Positions 12,332 to 29,012 of a DNA stretch of 64,000 bases are shown one piece after another. Origin of the DNA: Paramecium tetraurelia (lineage: Eukaryota); contig CT868002.1 of NCBI GenBank assembly GCA_000165425.1, positions 186,001-250,000 on the forward strand, given 5' to 3'. Made by a program: the position numbers and the translations under genes. Each line of letters begins with the position of its first letter. Positions within the stretch are counted from its first letter, which is position 1. The notes beneath the pieces were generated by a model. The model saw only the letters and a list, made by a program, of their open reading frames with translations, was not told the DNA's origin and searched no databases.

Positions 12332-13340
12332 TCAATTTTAATGATTTTATGAAAATGTTAACAATTCAAAGGCTATAGACTTCACTCTTTCTGTGTTTTT
12401 GAGTGTCCAAGGAAGTCGTTTAATATCAAAGGTCGTCTATAAAGTAATCGAATATATAATTACTATTTTGTTATTCCTTAAACTCAACCAAATTTTGTCC
12501 TATAATTTATCAATCTTCTTCTTTCTGTCTGCCTATATTGTATCGTCTAGGTGTTCTATATTTAGAACAGAATATACCTAAAAACTCTTTATAAAAGCTT
12601 TGAAAAATTTGAGATGAAAATACTTCTTTTAAAAAATCATTGTTCATTGTTTTGTTTTTACTGTTTTTTCTAAATGGAAGAACAAGTGGAATCTTCTTTT
12701 CCTACTCCATAATAGTTAGAAATTCTTATCGAGCTGTTTTTAATTTAGTTTCTAATAGATTGTTTACAATAGTACTTGTAATGTTGTCTCGTTCAGATAT
12801 TTTCTTAAATATGAACCTGAATGCTTTTCTTAGACAAAACTTGATTAATTCTTCTCGACTCTTGATTTGCTATGACTATTTGGTAGCTAAAATTTCCAAG
12901 ATTTTGGCTAATTGAGCCTGATTGATATTTCTAAGGTTTTATGCAATATCATTGATCTGATGATGGTCGTCAATGATTAACAAGATGTAATCACGTAGCT
13001 TTTATTTGTTGAAAAGATGTTGTTGTAAGGGATCCATAATTTGATTAGTTGTTTGAGAATCTGCAATAGCCAAACTCATTTTTTAAGAGGTTGTGGAGAT
13101 CTCAGTGTGCATTACAGGATAAGTAAGAGGATTACCATAATCAGGATATCCATTAAATGGTAATTATAACTATATATACTGCTCACTCTAGTGGTTATGA
13201 ATTGGGGCAAAATTGCATGGTACTTAAAATTATGAATAATAAGTTTATAGAGGATTTTAAAAGTGAAAATGTTATGTAAATGGCTAAGGTTAATGGATTA
13301 AATTGGAAAAGATTAGTGGATTGGTAAAAAGTTGGCTCAT
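12332..13340 (-). CDS. Ciliate-family protein with motifs KSREELIKFCLRKAFRFIF, LPFRKNSKNKTMNNDFLKEVFSS and KRLPW
   Basis: ATG at 13340, open frame with an intron near 12557-12578, TGA at 12334-12332. Function unknown; basic motifs are suggestive of DNA binding. Confidence 0.65.
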
Positions 13341-13650
13341 ATATGATGTATAATATTTATATTAAATCCAAATTAAAAGTATCTTTAATATAAGCATGAA
13401 ATTTATATTTAATAATATTCTGATAAATTTAGTGGAAGTTATCAAAATAGGTATATTCTAAAGTTTAAATAAAGTGTAGATAAGATCAAAAATAAGAATG
13501 GAAGTTAATTATTTAAACCAACAATTCTGATTTTGTTGTTAATTTGATTTGGTTGTTCAAAATTATATTAACAATTGTAATTAGAAGGCAATAAAAATAA
13601 ATAAAAATTATTTATATGAACACAATTTTATTAATATTTATTATAGACTA

Positions 13651-15354
<1,704 letters not shown>

Positions 15355-15655
15355 TTTATTTTTAATTATGATGCTTTATCAAGATGAATCATCTTTGAAT
15401 AATACGTACTATACGTCATTCAAATTATAGATTTAGGAATTATGATTTAATTTATTTTTTTTATTTTATTTCATGATGTATTATGCCATCATTTCTGAAT
15501 GTTACAAATACGAATTATTGCTCATTTTATTATTATTCCTCTTCAATTATTCACTTAATACTAACCCTTCTCAAATAAATTTAATTTTATTACACTTCCT
15601 TTTATATTATAATATAATAATTATATATATATATTCTTACACACAACTTATCCAA

Positions 15656-17787
15656 ATGTCTCATTCTGCCAAAGAATACCTCCCCATCGTCTTCGCTGAT
15701 CTCCAAATCTCTACTAAAAACGACTATTACATCGAAGAGAAGTAATAAACTAATCTAATCAAGACTCCCCATCCTCAAATCACACCACCATACAACATCT
15801 CAACCCAAATTGTCCAAAGTCACTACACCATCCAAATCCCAATAGGAAATAATTAATCATCAGAATGCCATTAAAAAAATAGTGTTCCCCAATATACTCC
15901 AAAGAACGAAACAAGATATCAAAAAATATCGAAAACATCAACTCTCTTTGATAAGTGATGAAATCTCAAACTCACAACCCATTATCGAATTAGAACATAA
16001 AAAAATAAGCAAAACCAATAGCTAATCTCCACTTAAATTGCATTCTTAATAACCAAGTTATATTAGCAATTACCCAATAAGAACAGATCTTTCATCTTTA
16101 ATATTCGATAATAATTTAGAATCTTAATCAAATGATTCCATTGTCAAGTTTCGTAAACTAAGGTAACTTATAACTGATAAACTAGTCCAACTTTCAATGA
16201 AACATCATGGTAAAAAGTAGACAAAGTCAACAGAATCAATTTAGCTCATGAAGTCTAAAAAGAAATACATCATTTGGAAAGATTCAATGCATATTGGAAA
16301 CCAGATATGATTAATTAATATCTGCAGCTAAAAATCGTGCATTAAGGAGTGAACTAGAAAAGAGGAAACAAGAGAATATTTATATTAATGTACCTTCCTC
16401 ATCAAACTCTTGTTTTAAAAAGTTCACAAGTTGAAGTAAAAAATAGGTTTTATTTTATACACAATTTAATAGTCCTTTATCATTATAACTAAATACTTTG
16501 ACATACTTTGTTCCGCTTTACGAGAAGATTAGTAATTAGAGTGAACTAACAGAAAATTACAATATTTGGTCAAAGCACTTTTTAGATTTACTACATTATA
16601 AATAACACATCAACACAGTAAAATTTTACTTTTTAGATGGCAAAGAACTTTAAACATTAAATTAAATACCTTCTTATGAAAAGTTTATATATTGCAACTT
16701 ACATGTAATTGAATGAGCAATCAATATAATAGGGAGAATTTGATCTTTGGAATAGAGTTGGATAAACTTTAAATTTAGGAGGACAATTTTAATTAGATAA
16801 GTATGTCAAATTGGCCACAAAAATGGTAGATCTAAGATCGAAGGATGATATTCTTAAATTTTTTGGTAAAAGAGATAATTTTCTACCTTTTTATTCGATG
16901 GCTTATAATTAAGAAGATGAATGTGCAAAATCTCCTATTTTACAATAAATAGAAATGATTCAGCAAGATGCAGATGATGAATAATTGAATGATGAAGTGA
17001 TTGATTAATCCATCTTTCAAATGAATAAGAATCAATAGAAAGCATACTTAAAAACAATAAAGTAATTTATTCAATAAAATAAAACTAAATACTCATAAAC
17101 ACTGGCTAATTAAGAAGCTGGCATGAGGCAAAGAAAACAGAATATTAAAGAAATTAGAAGAAAATCAATAGAAATTAAATTAAAAGGAGTATTCTATTAT
17201 TTATAACATTTAATTAGTAAAAGTAAATGTTGGATCTTAATGAGGAAACTCACATAGAAATGAAATTACTACATGAGGACACTTAGTCAATTGATGAAAT
17301 TAAGGAAGATGCAGTGGATAAAGTAGATGTGTTTAAGAATGCAATATATAAAAAGTTACCAAAAAAAATAGAATTAACTAATGATCCATTTTCAAGCTTC
17401 TCTTCGAAAGACAATAAAAAATTTAAAGAAATTATGAAGTTGATTAATATTGAACAAATAGTATTGGAGAAAAAGTTGAATAGATAGGATGTTATGCATT
17501 ACCTATCTTTATTCAAGGCTCTAATGGATTCAGATAATCTAAATTATTTTACTACCAGCCAATTAGATTATCCTTCCTTATATATTTCCAGGGAACAACT
17601 AAAGAAAAGCTTGCCCTACATAATATTGTATAAAAATCAGTTGAATACTGGAAAATTGAATGAAATATATGAGAGATAATATAACTATGTTGAATTCTTG
17701 GATTTCTTGGATATCTTTACTACTGAATACATAGTCTCAGAGAAGGAATTGGAAAGATTAAAAAATTAGAAATAAGATGCATATTGA
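15656..17787 (+). CDS. Hypothetical protein with a possible doublecortin-like segment and a degenerate EF-hand-like C-terminus
   Basis: Continuous frame after removing introns at about 15742, 16162, 16447, 16704 and 17203; TGA at 17785-17787. Confidence 0.55.
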
Positions 17788-17845
17788 CTATTCTATATAT
17801 ATATAATTTCGATATCTTAATTTTGATAAAGTAAAATAGATTATT

Positions 17846-18826
17846 TCATTGTTCTTATTCTTCAGATGTTTAAAGTATCTATTGGTATCTATTGCTCATT
17901 TCATGAACAATAAGTGAATCATCAACTCCACACTTGAGTATCCAAGGATGTGCCTCAATTTCGGAGATCTAATTAAATAGTTATATATATAGATCGTTAC
18001 TGATAATCGTTAGTTAGGATTAAATGCCATTAGCTTTGTTATGAGATCCTTCAATTCAGGACTAAAATCAACCTATTGTACTTCCCAAAACTTGTTGTAC
18101 TGTTTTCTAAAATAGTTACAAGATGTCAATACCTGTAAATTAATTAGTATACCTAATCTGTTTTGATGTTTGCAGTTTAAAAGGGACAGAAACCAGAAGT
18201 AATCTAAAATAGTATGACTCCTAATTGAAATAAATCAGCCTCGATTCCATGGTAAGGTTATTGAAGGAATATCTCTGGAGCTGCGGTAGAGGGAGAACCG
18301 ACGTAACTGAATTCATTTAAATTCAATACGTATTGATCTTAATTCGTTTGCTCTGTGCATCTAAAAAGTTAATTGCATATCCGAAGTCACAAATAAGGAT
18401 GTTGAAATTATCATCCAATAATATGTTTTCCAACTTTAGATCTCTGTGAGCTACTCCTTTTTTATGAATTTCAGAAATAACTATGATTTCAATAGATGTG
18501 TACTTTGTATCATTTATTTAAAGTAATGTCTTGAAAATTCTTCAGTGAATTTTCTGAGCTTTAAATATTATAACAGATTTCCCTATTTTGCGTAGTCCAT
18601 CATAATGCAACCATCACATTCACATTCTCTTACTCTGATGACCCCTGGGATGTTGCTTAATAACTGCATCATTTTTATTTCATTTTCATACAATGATGAC
18701 TATTGTTATTTAAAGACCTTCATAGCCATCAATTGTCCACATCTATTAACCAGCTAAACACTATGAATTTGAAGAAATAAAATACTCCGCCGAATAGCCT
18801 TGCCCGATTTTTGTCACAACAAACAT
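17846..18826 (-). CDS. Ser/Thr protein kinase (CAMK-like group)
   Basis: Motifs [49 protein letters not shown] and HPW; several tiny introns. Confidence 0.9.
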
Positions 18827-19403
18827 TTCAGAAATATTAATATACTAATAAATATTTATTTATTTTATAACATTCCATCATCCTGGGGTTAAATAAGAAT
18901 TTATAAAAGTAGCTGGTCATCTCTAAAAATTTAATATTTGAACTTTACTTGCAAAAAGGCTCCATAATTGACCTATTTAAAATAAAAATATTTTGATTGA
19001 AATACCACATATATTATAATTTATTATTTAAACAAACAACCTACAAAAATGAGATTACTATTGCAATATAATACACAAATATTAAAAGACAAAACAATCC
19101 TCAATAATATATACTAATTTTATTTGATTTATGTTTCCATACTCAAATAGGCTGACTTTTGAGTTTAATTAATACATTTTTTAAGTCGAATTTCTAAGTA
19201 CCAAAAACTATGAATTATAGAGATCCTATTGTAATGATGAATTTTTTTGGAAAACATATCAAATTTAAGTAATACTTGTTGAACTTTAAATCACCTTTTA
19301 ATGAAAATTTTTACTAATTTTTTAGATCAAAAATTTATATTAATTGAATATATTAACATAATAATATAAAAAACCCCGGCTTATTAATTTTTTAACTTTA
19401 TTT

Positions 19404-22400
19404 ATGAGTCAACTTATTGGAACTTTGTCCTTAGATACCAATGCCTACGTAGATTACAATATAAGTGAGAATATGTCTAACAACGCACTGGAAAACTCTG
19501 ATTTATTGAAAGTGAGATTGGGAAAGATTAAAGGGATGAAAGTTTGCAATTTTAAGTCATTTGAAAATGAGCATTTTGTAGGTCCGTTTACTAAATTCAC
19601 CAGTATCATAGGACCAAATGGAGGAGGTATATGATGGTTTAATATGATAGGGAAGTCGAATGTTTTGGATGCAATTTAATTTGTATTAGGAATCTCAATC
19701 AGGTCAATGAGATGTCATAGAGCAGAGGAGTTAATTTATAGTTAATCGATGTACTACAAAAACTATCAGGAAGAGGACAGAACAGCTTATGTTGAAATAA
19801 TTTTTGAGGCCATCAATTACATTGACACTTAAATTTCACTTAAAAGAACTGTAAATAAATAGTAGCAAACACAAGTTTATATTGGCGAATAATAAGTTAC
19901 TGAGAAAGAGTTGAGTTCATTTCTCCTCTTATCTAAAATCATATTGCCTGCTAAGAATTTCATTATGTTGCAAGGTGACACTGATACATTGACAACAATT
20001 GAGCCTAAGAAATTAACAGAATTATTCGAATATGTCAGTGGAAGTGTTCAATATAAAAACACATGTCAATAGATCTAAAGTGAGTTAAACAAAGTGGTTA
20101 TTAGGATGAGGGAATTGTAATTTTAAAGAGGAGCCATGAGAACAGAATAAAAAAAAGTGAAAGAATTAAAAAACACTTCGGACAAATACAAAAAAATTAA
20201 TGATGAGATCAATCAATTGAAATTAAAATAGAAACTATTTGAGCTTAAATAGATAGACAATGAATTAGAAGATATCTCAAAGTAATTAACATAGAACAAA
20301 AATGATGAATCTGATTAAAATAGTGAAAATAAGAGATTGATTGAAGATATTCAATAATGTGATTTGGAGATTGAAAAGTTGAAGTAGGAACTCAATTAGA
20401 TTGAGGAAAATGAGAAAAAGATTAAGAAGGATGAGAAATCTAAAGCATATGATACAACCTCAATTGATTTAGAAATAGAATTACTAAAAAAGTAAGTGTC
20501 AACATACGAAGGGTTATTGGGTAAATTGAAGAAGGATATCAATTATCAATAGGAGATGATAGAAGAGGTGTAAACAGATCTTGATGGTAAAACATAGCAT
20601 TTGTAAAAAATAAAATCTTAAAGCAATTTAAAATTATCAAAAAAGTTAATGGAAGAATTTTAAGAGTTGTAAATGAAATTTAAAATATAGAATTAACAAA
20701 TACAATCTGAGTTAGAAAAATTACAAGAAAAACAGGGAGTAGCATAGAAGATCTATGATTAAATTGATGATGAGATCAAACAGTATACGGATGATCGCAA
20801 AGAATTAGTGTAAGCAATTGAAGAATAGAATACTTAGTTGAAGTATGTTAAAGATGAATTTGATGTATTAAAGGATAGACATCAAAATACTTAAAAGAGA
20901 ATTGATGAATTGTATAGATAAAATTAAATTGAGGAAAATGAATTGAAATCACTTTAACAGCATAAAATAGAATAGGAGAGATAATTAAGATTGATTGAGG
21001 TCTAAGAGACTGAAAATATTGATGAAAAATAAACATAGTTGCTGATTTAATAGCTAAAGTCTATGTTCAAAGATTTCAGAGGAGAGTTGTCTAGTTTGTG
21101 TAATCCTGATTAATAATAATTTGCCATCCCATTGAAAGTGGCTCTTGGCTAAAGATTACTTTGCGCATTAGTAGTTGATTCAGAGAAGACAGCAAAGGAA
21201 ATTAATATGCATCTAAGATCTCTTGATATTGTTAAAGAACTCATCATATTGAATAGAGTTAAAAGTAATAAGGATGAATCTGAATTGAGGGAGAATGTTG
21301 AATAGTTTGTACAATAATATAGAAGACAGACAAGAGCAGGTAAAGCATATTTAGCAATTGATATAATTAAATATGATCAAAGTTTAGATAAAGTTTTAAA
21401 GTCTTTATTGAGTGGAATAGTGGTGTGTGATTCATATTAATTGGCAGTTTAATTGTAAAAAGAGAAGATTCAAGATATTAAATAGATTATTACATTGGAT
21501 GGAATCACTTTGGCAACATCAGGTATGATTGTGTTTAACGGATCATAATAAAGATTGTCGGAAATGAGAAATTTTAGATCAAATAATTAAAGAATTTAAT
21601 AAAAGGGACCAAAGGAATCAAAAGAGTAGTTAATTAAGTCTATTGATGAATTGTAAAATAAAATCAAGACTCTCAAAAACATAAGTGTTTAGGATGATCT
21701 TAAATATTAATCTGCATTAAAAATGAAATTAGAAGAATAACAAGCTCAATTATCAAATAAATAGATTTCATTATAAAAATCAATACAAATGTATAATGAC
21801 AAATTAAAATAAGTTGATAAACTATTGGATGAACTTTACATTGAAATAAACAAGCGAAAAGTTTAATTGAAAGAATTCGATGAATAAAATGAAAAACTTG
21901 TTAATTAAATCTAGAACCAATAAAAGGTGGCATATTAAGATTTTGCTAAAAGAAATTCAATAAGTCTGCAGGAATTAAACTAACTAGACTTTCAATAAAA
22001 TTTAGGTAAATAATTGGAAATTAAATAATAATAATTGAATAAACTTTAAGTTTAGAAATAGAGTATGGAATAATATTTGGAAGAATTGAAAAAGAAACAA
22101 GAAGACTTTTAGAACAATATAAAAACTAAGAATGAAGCTATTAACAATTATGAACAAAAGAAAATTGATCTACAACAGAATCATGATAAAAAGAATAAAG
22201 ATTTAGTTTAGTATACCCAAAAGCAACAAGATATTAATCAAAAACTAAAAGCTTAATAAAAAAAATTGCTTAATCTCACTGATTTGAGAAATCAATAGGT
22301 TAGAAAAGGAGTAGATAAAAAACAATAAATCAATTTAATCAATAGAAAATTAGAGTAGTTAAGATTCTAAAGAGGAAGATTAATAGAATTATGTGAAATT

Positions 22401-23258
22401 GAATCTATTCCTGTCAGATTTAAGAGATCTCAAGGAACCTTCCAACCTTCTTTAAATTTTGATGATGACTAACAAATGGATATGGAAGCCATAGATTATG
22501 GTGCCATAAAAAATGATTTGAAACATTCTAATTGGAATAAATTAATGGAAGAAATTAATGTAGAATTAGAAATAAAGGAACAAGAAATTACTAAGTATTT
22601 ATCAGAAAATTTACAGGTTGGATTGATTGGAGCCAAAACAGATGAAAAGTTTGTCTAATTGGAAACCAATATTGAATCATTAGGAAGATCGATTAAGGAA
22701 TTATAAAATCGAGAAGCAGAATTGAGTGATTAATTAGTATAGACATAATAATTAAGAAAGGATAGATTTGATAAATTATTTGATAGAGTAGAAAAGGAAA
22801 TTAAAATATTATATTAAAAATTAACTGAGAATCAAAATAGAGTTGGTGGAACTGTTCTTCTCTATATGGAAAATAAAGAAGAACCCTTTGAAGGAGGATT
22901 GATATATACTCCAAATCCTCCAAACAAAAAATATATTTTTGATAATTCTGAATAGCTTTCTGGAGGAGAAAAGGCAATAGCTTCAATTGCTCTGTTGTTA
23001 GCATTAAATGCAGCTATTGATGCTCCTTTCATTTTGCTTGATGAAGTAGATGCTCATTTAGACTAAGACAATGCGGATAAGTAAGAATTTATTTTAAATA
23101 ATAATAGATTACAAAAGATTGTGAAATTGTTGTCGAATTAGATCTAGTTTGTGCTTGTAAGTCATAATCCGGATGTGTTTGCTCATTCAGATTCACTAGT
23201 AGGGGTAACAATCCAGCATTCTAAAACTACCAGTGAAGCTTTTTCATTATTACTTTGA
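19404..23258 (+). CDS. SMC1: Structural maintenance of chromosomes protein 1 (cohesin)
   Basis: Head motifs NFKSF and FTSIIGPNGGGKSN, long coiled coils with a central hinge (ITLDG), LSGGEK and FILLDEVDAHLD. Introns at about 19627-19650 and 23081-23107. Confidence 0.9.
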
Positions 23259-23420
23259 TTTTTGCAAGTTTTGATATTATTTATATTGTATTTAACTGTT
23301 GAAGAAACGAAAAGAGTTATAATAAAAAACAATTATGTAACAATTAATAATGATACATAATAATAAAGTTAAAAATAATCTGATGATATTCAATTTATAT
23401 ATTTATATTTGCGTAATAAA

Positions 23421-26400
23421 ATGGATAGACAGGGGATAGACACAATTTATAAAACCGATTCTTCAAGATTGATGACATTGCGAAATAATACAGAAACCTT
23501 AAGTAGGATAACATTATTAATCTAAGTTATCAACACATAAGGATTTGATAGTCGGCCTGGATTAGGGTTACAATTCAATGAACAATAAATTCCAGAGAGT
23601 TGTGTTAATGACGATAATGAATTGTATGCTTCAGAAAATTCCTCTGTTTCAAATTAAAGTAGACATCGAAGTAGAAAAGAATCAAAAGCGGAATCCCTGA
23701 GTAAAATCATGAAGGAAACCCAGAAAATTTAATCAGACGATTTCCATTAGCCAATTGGAGGGTGGGATAATAAAATATGGTAAAAAGGAGCATTAAGAAT
23801 TATGACTTATGTTATCAGATTCGTAATGGCATTATTAATCAACTCTGAGAAGTTCAAATTTACCTTCATGAAAAAAAGGCAATTCTAAGCAATAAATGAT
23901 TAATCAGCCATTTTTGATTATTATGAGGAGAGATTTTTAATACGGGGCAAAAAGAAGCTTAGTTATTCAGTAATTATATAAAATAATTTAAGTAAATTCT
24001 AAAATTAAGAATTCAGAACAACTGCTTATATTAGTCCTGCCATATATTTTTTTAATATCTCATTAATAAGATCATCTTCATCATAGTTCCAACTAGCACT
24101 CCTAAACTAATATGGGATGTATTCCTCTTGATAATTTTATCAATTCAGATGGTCTTTGTTCCATTAAAGATTTGCTTTTAAATTGAGATAACATAGGATC
24201 TGTTGTAGTTTTTTTTATTGACATTACCACTCTATGTCTACCTGATAGAAATATTGTTGAATTTTTTAACAGGATATTATGAGCATGGTGTATTGGTAAT
24301 AGATTAGAAACAAATTGCAATGCATTATTTAAAATCTACATTTATGTATGATTTTTTAAGTGTGATGCCTTAATTTATTAGTACTATAAGCAATGAATCC
24401 CAAATTTTTGAGATTCTCTTATTGATACGTTTGAAAAGGTTGATATTGCTTGCGGATACACTAGAAGAGACCTTAAATTTGAGATAGCATTATTAGACAT
24501 TCATTGATGTTGTTCGTCTGCTGATTTAATTTCTATTTTTGTCACATCTATTTGGATGTGTGTGGCATTACATAGGAGTTCTAGAAGAATAATTTGGGTA
24601 TTTTTGTTTTAGATATATTGATTTAAGATACGATCAGAATTGGATCAAGTAGAAAAATATAGATGGAGAGTCGTGGTTTGTTAGATATGTATTTTCAATA
24701 TACTGGAGTTCTATTACTACATTGACAATTGGATATGGAGATGTCATACCAGTAAGTAGTGTTGAAAGGATGTTTGTGGTAATAGTAGCTGTAGTCAGCA
24801 GTGTGGTATTTGCTTATACAATTTCGAGTATTGGGAATATTTTTAGTCAATTGAATGAGAATAAGAAGAATTAGAGACATAAAATGTTTCTAATAAAGAA
24901 TTTTATTGATGAAAGGAATGTAAATAAAGTATTGGCTAATAAAGTCAAAAAGTTTTTTGAATATTTTATTTAGATTGATCATACTTCAGATAATGAATGC
25001 GTTAAATTGATTGAGAAATTAGATCCAACTTTGAAAACAGAATTGAAGATAGATATCTATAGAAAATTTATATCAAATTCTAAGTTAATATCTGCCACGT
25101 TCTCTGATCTGATGTTGAATGAAATTTGTTAATTAGTCTAAGAAAAATAATACATGCCAGATGAATTTATTGTTATTTCAGATTAAGAAATTAATGAATT
25201 ATATTTTGTGTTAGAAGGAGAAATCTCATTGATTGTAGAGTTAAATAAATGTATCACTTGTACTATTCATAATTTTAGAAAAGAATAAAGTCTCACAATT
25301 ATCCCTAATTAAAAAAAATGAGGTTTTGGGAGAAAAGTATTTTCTTACTAACGCTAAACTGCCTTTCTCAGCCAAAGCCTAGAGTTTCGTAAGAGTTGCT
25401 GTCTTGGATAAATAACAATTAAATCTCCTACTCCAAAAATACCCAGAAGAATTAGAAAAATATAAATAAGCATTGAATAAAGTTAAATTGCAGGAAAGAA
25501 TCAAATTAGCAGGTTGTGAGCTCTGCTATTAAAATCATAAAGTTTTAGAATGTCCTTTTGTCTTCTATTAACCAAACGTTCGATTTATAGTTAAACGATA
25601 GTACCTTTAGGAATAAGCAAGGCGATAGTTTGAACGAAGACAAGCTAAATCGCATGTAATATTTCATTATTAGTTAGAATTCTAAAAGTGATCGACTGGG
25701 CATATAATATCGATTAGTCACATATGCTTTGGAGAATAATTTAATTTAAGAAGAATCTATAAATGATTCTGTAATTAAGAAAATGGATTTGTAATGCTTG
25801 GAACATCAAAAAAATCTATTTAGATCCTGTACTGATTCTTCTATTAATACTCTGATCAAAAATAACATTAACCCTAATTTTCAGAGCGGAGGCAAGGAAA
25901 GTCCTCATGAGAGTCAAGAGTAAATAATGAGATAAAATTCAAATAATACTCATAATCCGAGACCTAGTTTTACAGGAATTGGAAGTACAAAGTAGATGTC
26001 AACTTTGAAATTAATTAAATTAACTAACAAAAAGTAAGAAAAGTAAGAAATATTTGAAAAAATTGAATTAAAAGTACCTGAGAAAATAGTTTTATAAGAT
26101 ATTTGCGAACATTCATCTGATTCTGATTTATAATCACCTGATAAGACTAAATTAACAAAATAAAATAGTTTCACTTTTTGTGCTTCATCGGATTTCAAAA
26201 CTCAATTGAAAGTAGAGTACTATTAGAAATTAATCATTAATGAGTTGGATGGTCTAGATAAATATTAAGAATACTAATATTATTATCCTTAATACAATGT
26301 TGAAAGAGTGATTGAGATGATTAATGAGAAGTATAAATTAAAAAGACTCAAACAATCTAAAACATTGATTAGAAGATAAAGCAGATATTTATCATCTTTT

Positions 26401-26466
26401 CCTACCATATCATTAAGAAAGAAAAAAAGTGGAATTATTGGGGAAGAAATTATACATGAGAATTGA
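23421..26466 (+). CDS. Cyclic-nucleotide-binding-domain K+ channel (EAG/HCN-like ciliate family)
   Basis: TM segments (LIWDVFLLIIL, SHLFGCVWHY), pore YWSSITTLTIGYGD, C-linker and CNBD (LYFVLEGEI...LGEKYF). Confidence 0.9.
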
Positions 26467-26489
26467 TAATAAATATATTATTACTTATC

Positions 26490-28592
26490 TCACTCATTAA
26501 TCTTATCGAAATTAATATTATCAAAGGCATTTATACTTTGTTTGGTTAATAAATATGTCAAGGTTTCATCAAATCTTACAAGTTCTATTTTGAATTAATA
26601 ATATATTAATACCAAAATATTACATAAACTGTCTGAATTAGTCAACATCCTGAAATGCCAACAATTAGGCTAAATACTCTAATTCTATATTTGATATATA
26701 TCTAAGATTAATGAAATATTTATACGTTTTTACTATTTATTTCAAAGCTTTTACTCTAATTCTAACTAAAAAATGATTAATAATACTTCCCATTGTCTCA
26801 CTTGATTCTTTATAATCCTTAAATAGTTTAACATAATTTCCACATTTGTAAGATTCTCTTATCCTAAAATCATGAATAATTTATATACCCAAGAGCAAAT
26901 TTAATTCTCTAATCATCAGGATTCTAATGCAATATTTTGACTAATTAATCTTATTTATTTAACATTGTTAGATAAACAATCCTATAACTATCAAATTCAA
27001 CTTTATTTCCTATGAAATTGGCATCCTTCCCTTCACTTATGCTTATCATGTCATACAAATCACACAACATAGTCCAACAACTTTCATATCTTGGGAAATC
27101 TCCACATTCTAAACAAATTCTAGCATTTTCTTCATACACTTATACTGTAAATCTATTCTCTATATGTTAAACCAACAAATCCTATCTTATTGATCTGAAT
27201 TGCTCTATTGTGAAATTATAATCTGCCTAATAGTTCTTCCACTTCTCCAGAATATGATTTAAAGCCTTTTTTAAAATGTGTTCAGGTCTTATGGTATTAG
27301 GATCAGGCAAACCAGTAAGTCTATAATATGGTTTTTCTAAATCTTCACAAGTTCCCTTAAAAATAAATTTAATTCCAATATACTGTAATTTTCATATTAG
27401 TTTAAATAAATTGGTCTTCTTCCTCTATTTTTTTTTTAATCTATTTTTATTGTTATTTAATCTATATTGATGCATTGGGCTGTAATTTCCCGAATTATAG
27501 CATTGCCAAATCGATGCTATAGTCAATTTTCTTATTTTTCATATGATGTTGATTTAAAGTATCAACTTATTACTATTTCAGTTAATCGTTTAAAGACATC
27601 AAATTTTAAATACTAGTAGATGCTGTAATTTCTATTATTAAGAACCATTACTTTACGCTGGTCCAATAGGTTGGGCTTAACTTGGAGCCCCAAATTTACT
27701 TGTTTAGCCTAATGAATTCAATGCCATAGCTGTGCTTTGTTTTATTTGGAGAGGTTAAGAAAATAACGACTAAGTTCGTATTTAATTCTCTCTAGGAAGT
27801 GTTGGCAATGGAAATTTAGACCAATCCCTTATGCTGTATTCATTTTTGCGTTTGGCTTCTGCAATTGTAGCCTTTAAATATTGCTCCATGTGATTTCGTT
27901 CGTTGTCAGATTGACATTTATTAAATGCCCTCTCTACATACTATTTCACTGTAACAGAGGATTATTCGTTAAATATTTCTCTGGAATTACAAAATCTCGC
28001 ACCTATTTTGGTAATTAAAATAATCATACTAACTAAATTAGGCATTTCAACATTTAACTTCCGATATAAGTAGGAGTATATCTTAATCTCATTATCCCAT
28101 CTTGAAGGTTGATCCAATTCTGAGACATCTACAGGAGGTAGAAATTGATTCTACTCTTTCTCAATCCTATTGTTCATCACATTTTTTTATTATTAATCTT
28201 GGACTTATTAAATATTTTATGGTTGCTATGGCTATTGTTGATTCACTTGTTAGAGTGGTTAGGATACTTTTTATTGTGAATTCAACGCTGGATTGGATTG
28301 TTGGAGATACTATTACTAAGGTCTGTAAATGTTATTTAGATTACCCATGAGATTGTTATGTTCTAGCTTTAAATAATCATATACATTAGGTTTGTAACAT
28401 TTGATAATTATATGGATGATATTGATTATATTAATATTGATTTGGCATCATTTACTAGTACCCATATGGCATATATTAGTTATATCCATAGTAGTTTTGA
28501 TACATAGATTACTAAGATGATTAGGATTGGCTAAAAGAAATCTACTCTGCTCTCATAGCATCTTCTATTGTTTATCTTTTATTATTGCTCAT
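26490..28592 (-). CDS. SAC3/GANP/THP3-family protein, LENG8/Thp3-like
   Basis: GTCEDLEKPYYRLTGLPDPNTIRPEHILKKAL...EQFRSIRQDLLVQHI...VYEENARICLECGD; Q/Y/P-rich N-terminus. Confidence 0.85.
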
Positions 28593-29012
28593 TTTTAATT
28601 AAATGATTAATGTGTTTCAATATAAAACAATTTATCAATAGATAAATTATTAATTTTAATTCAAATGAGAAATAAGAACACAAAAAGAATAGAATTTCTA
28701 AATTCCACATTAAATTAGAGTTACTTGAGTTTTATATATATATCAAAAATAAAAGAGAATTTATTTACTTAATTATGTAATTAAAACAAACAGAAAATGA
28801 AACTCTTTATAAATATCTTTTTGGTTAGATTCATGTTAGAAATCTCTCTCTACATAGTAAGTAAATCAATTCTAAAATGTGACAGTCATCAAATTGTGAT
28901 GAGATCTTAATTTTTAATGCAAAAATGGTTTGAACAATAAAAATGATAAAATGGATTTATATAAATAGCTGAAATATCTTTATAATAGACTATCGTTCTT
29001 ATACTTATAATG

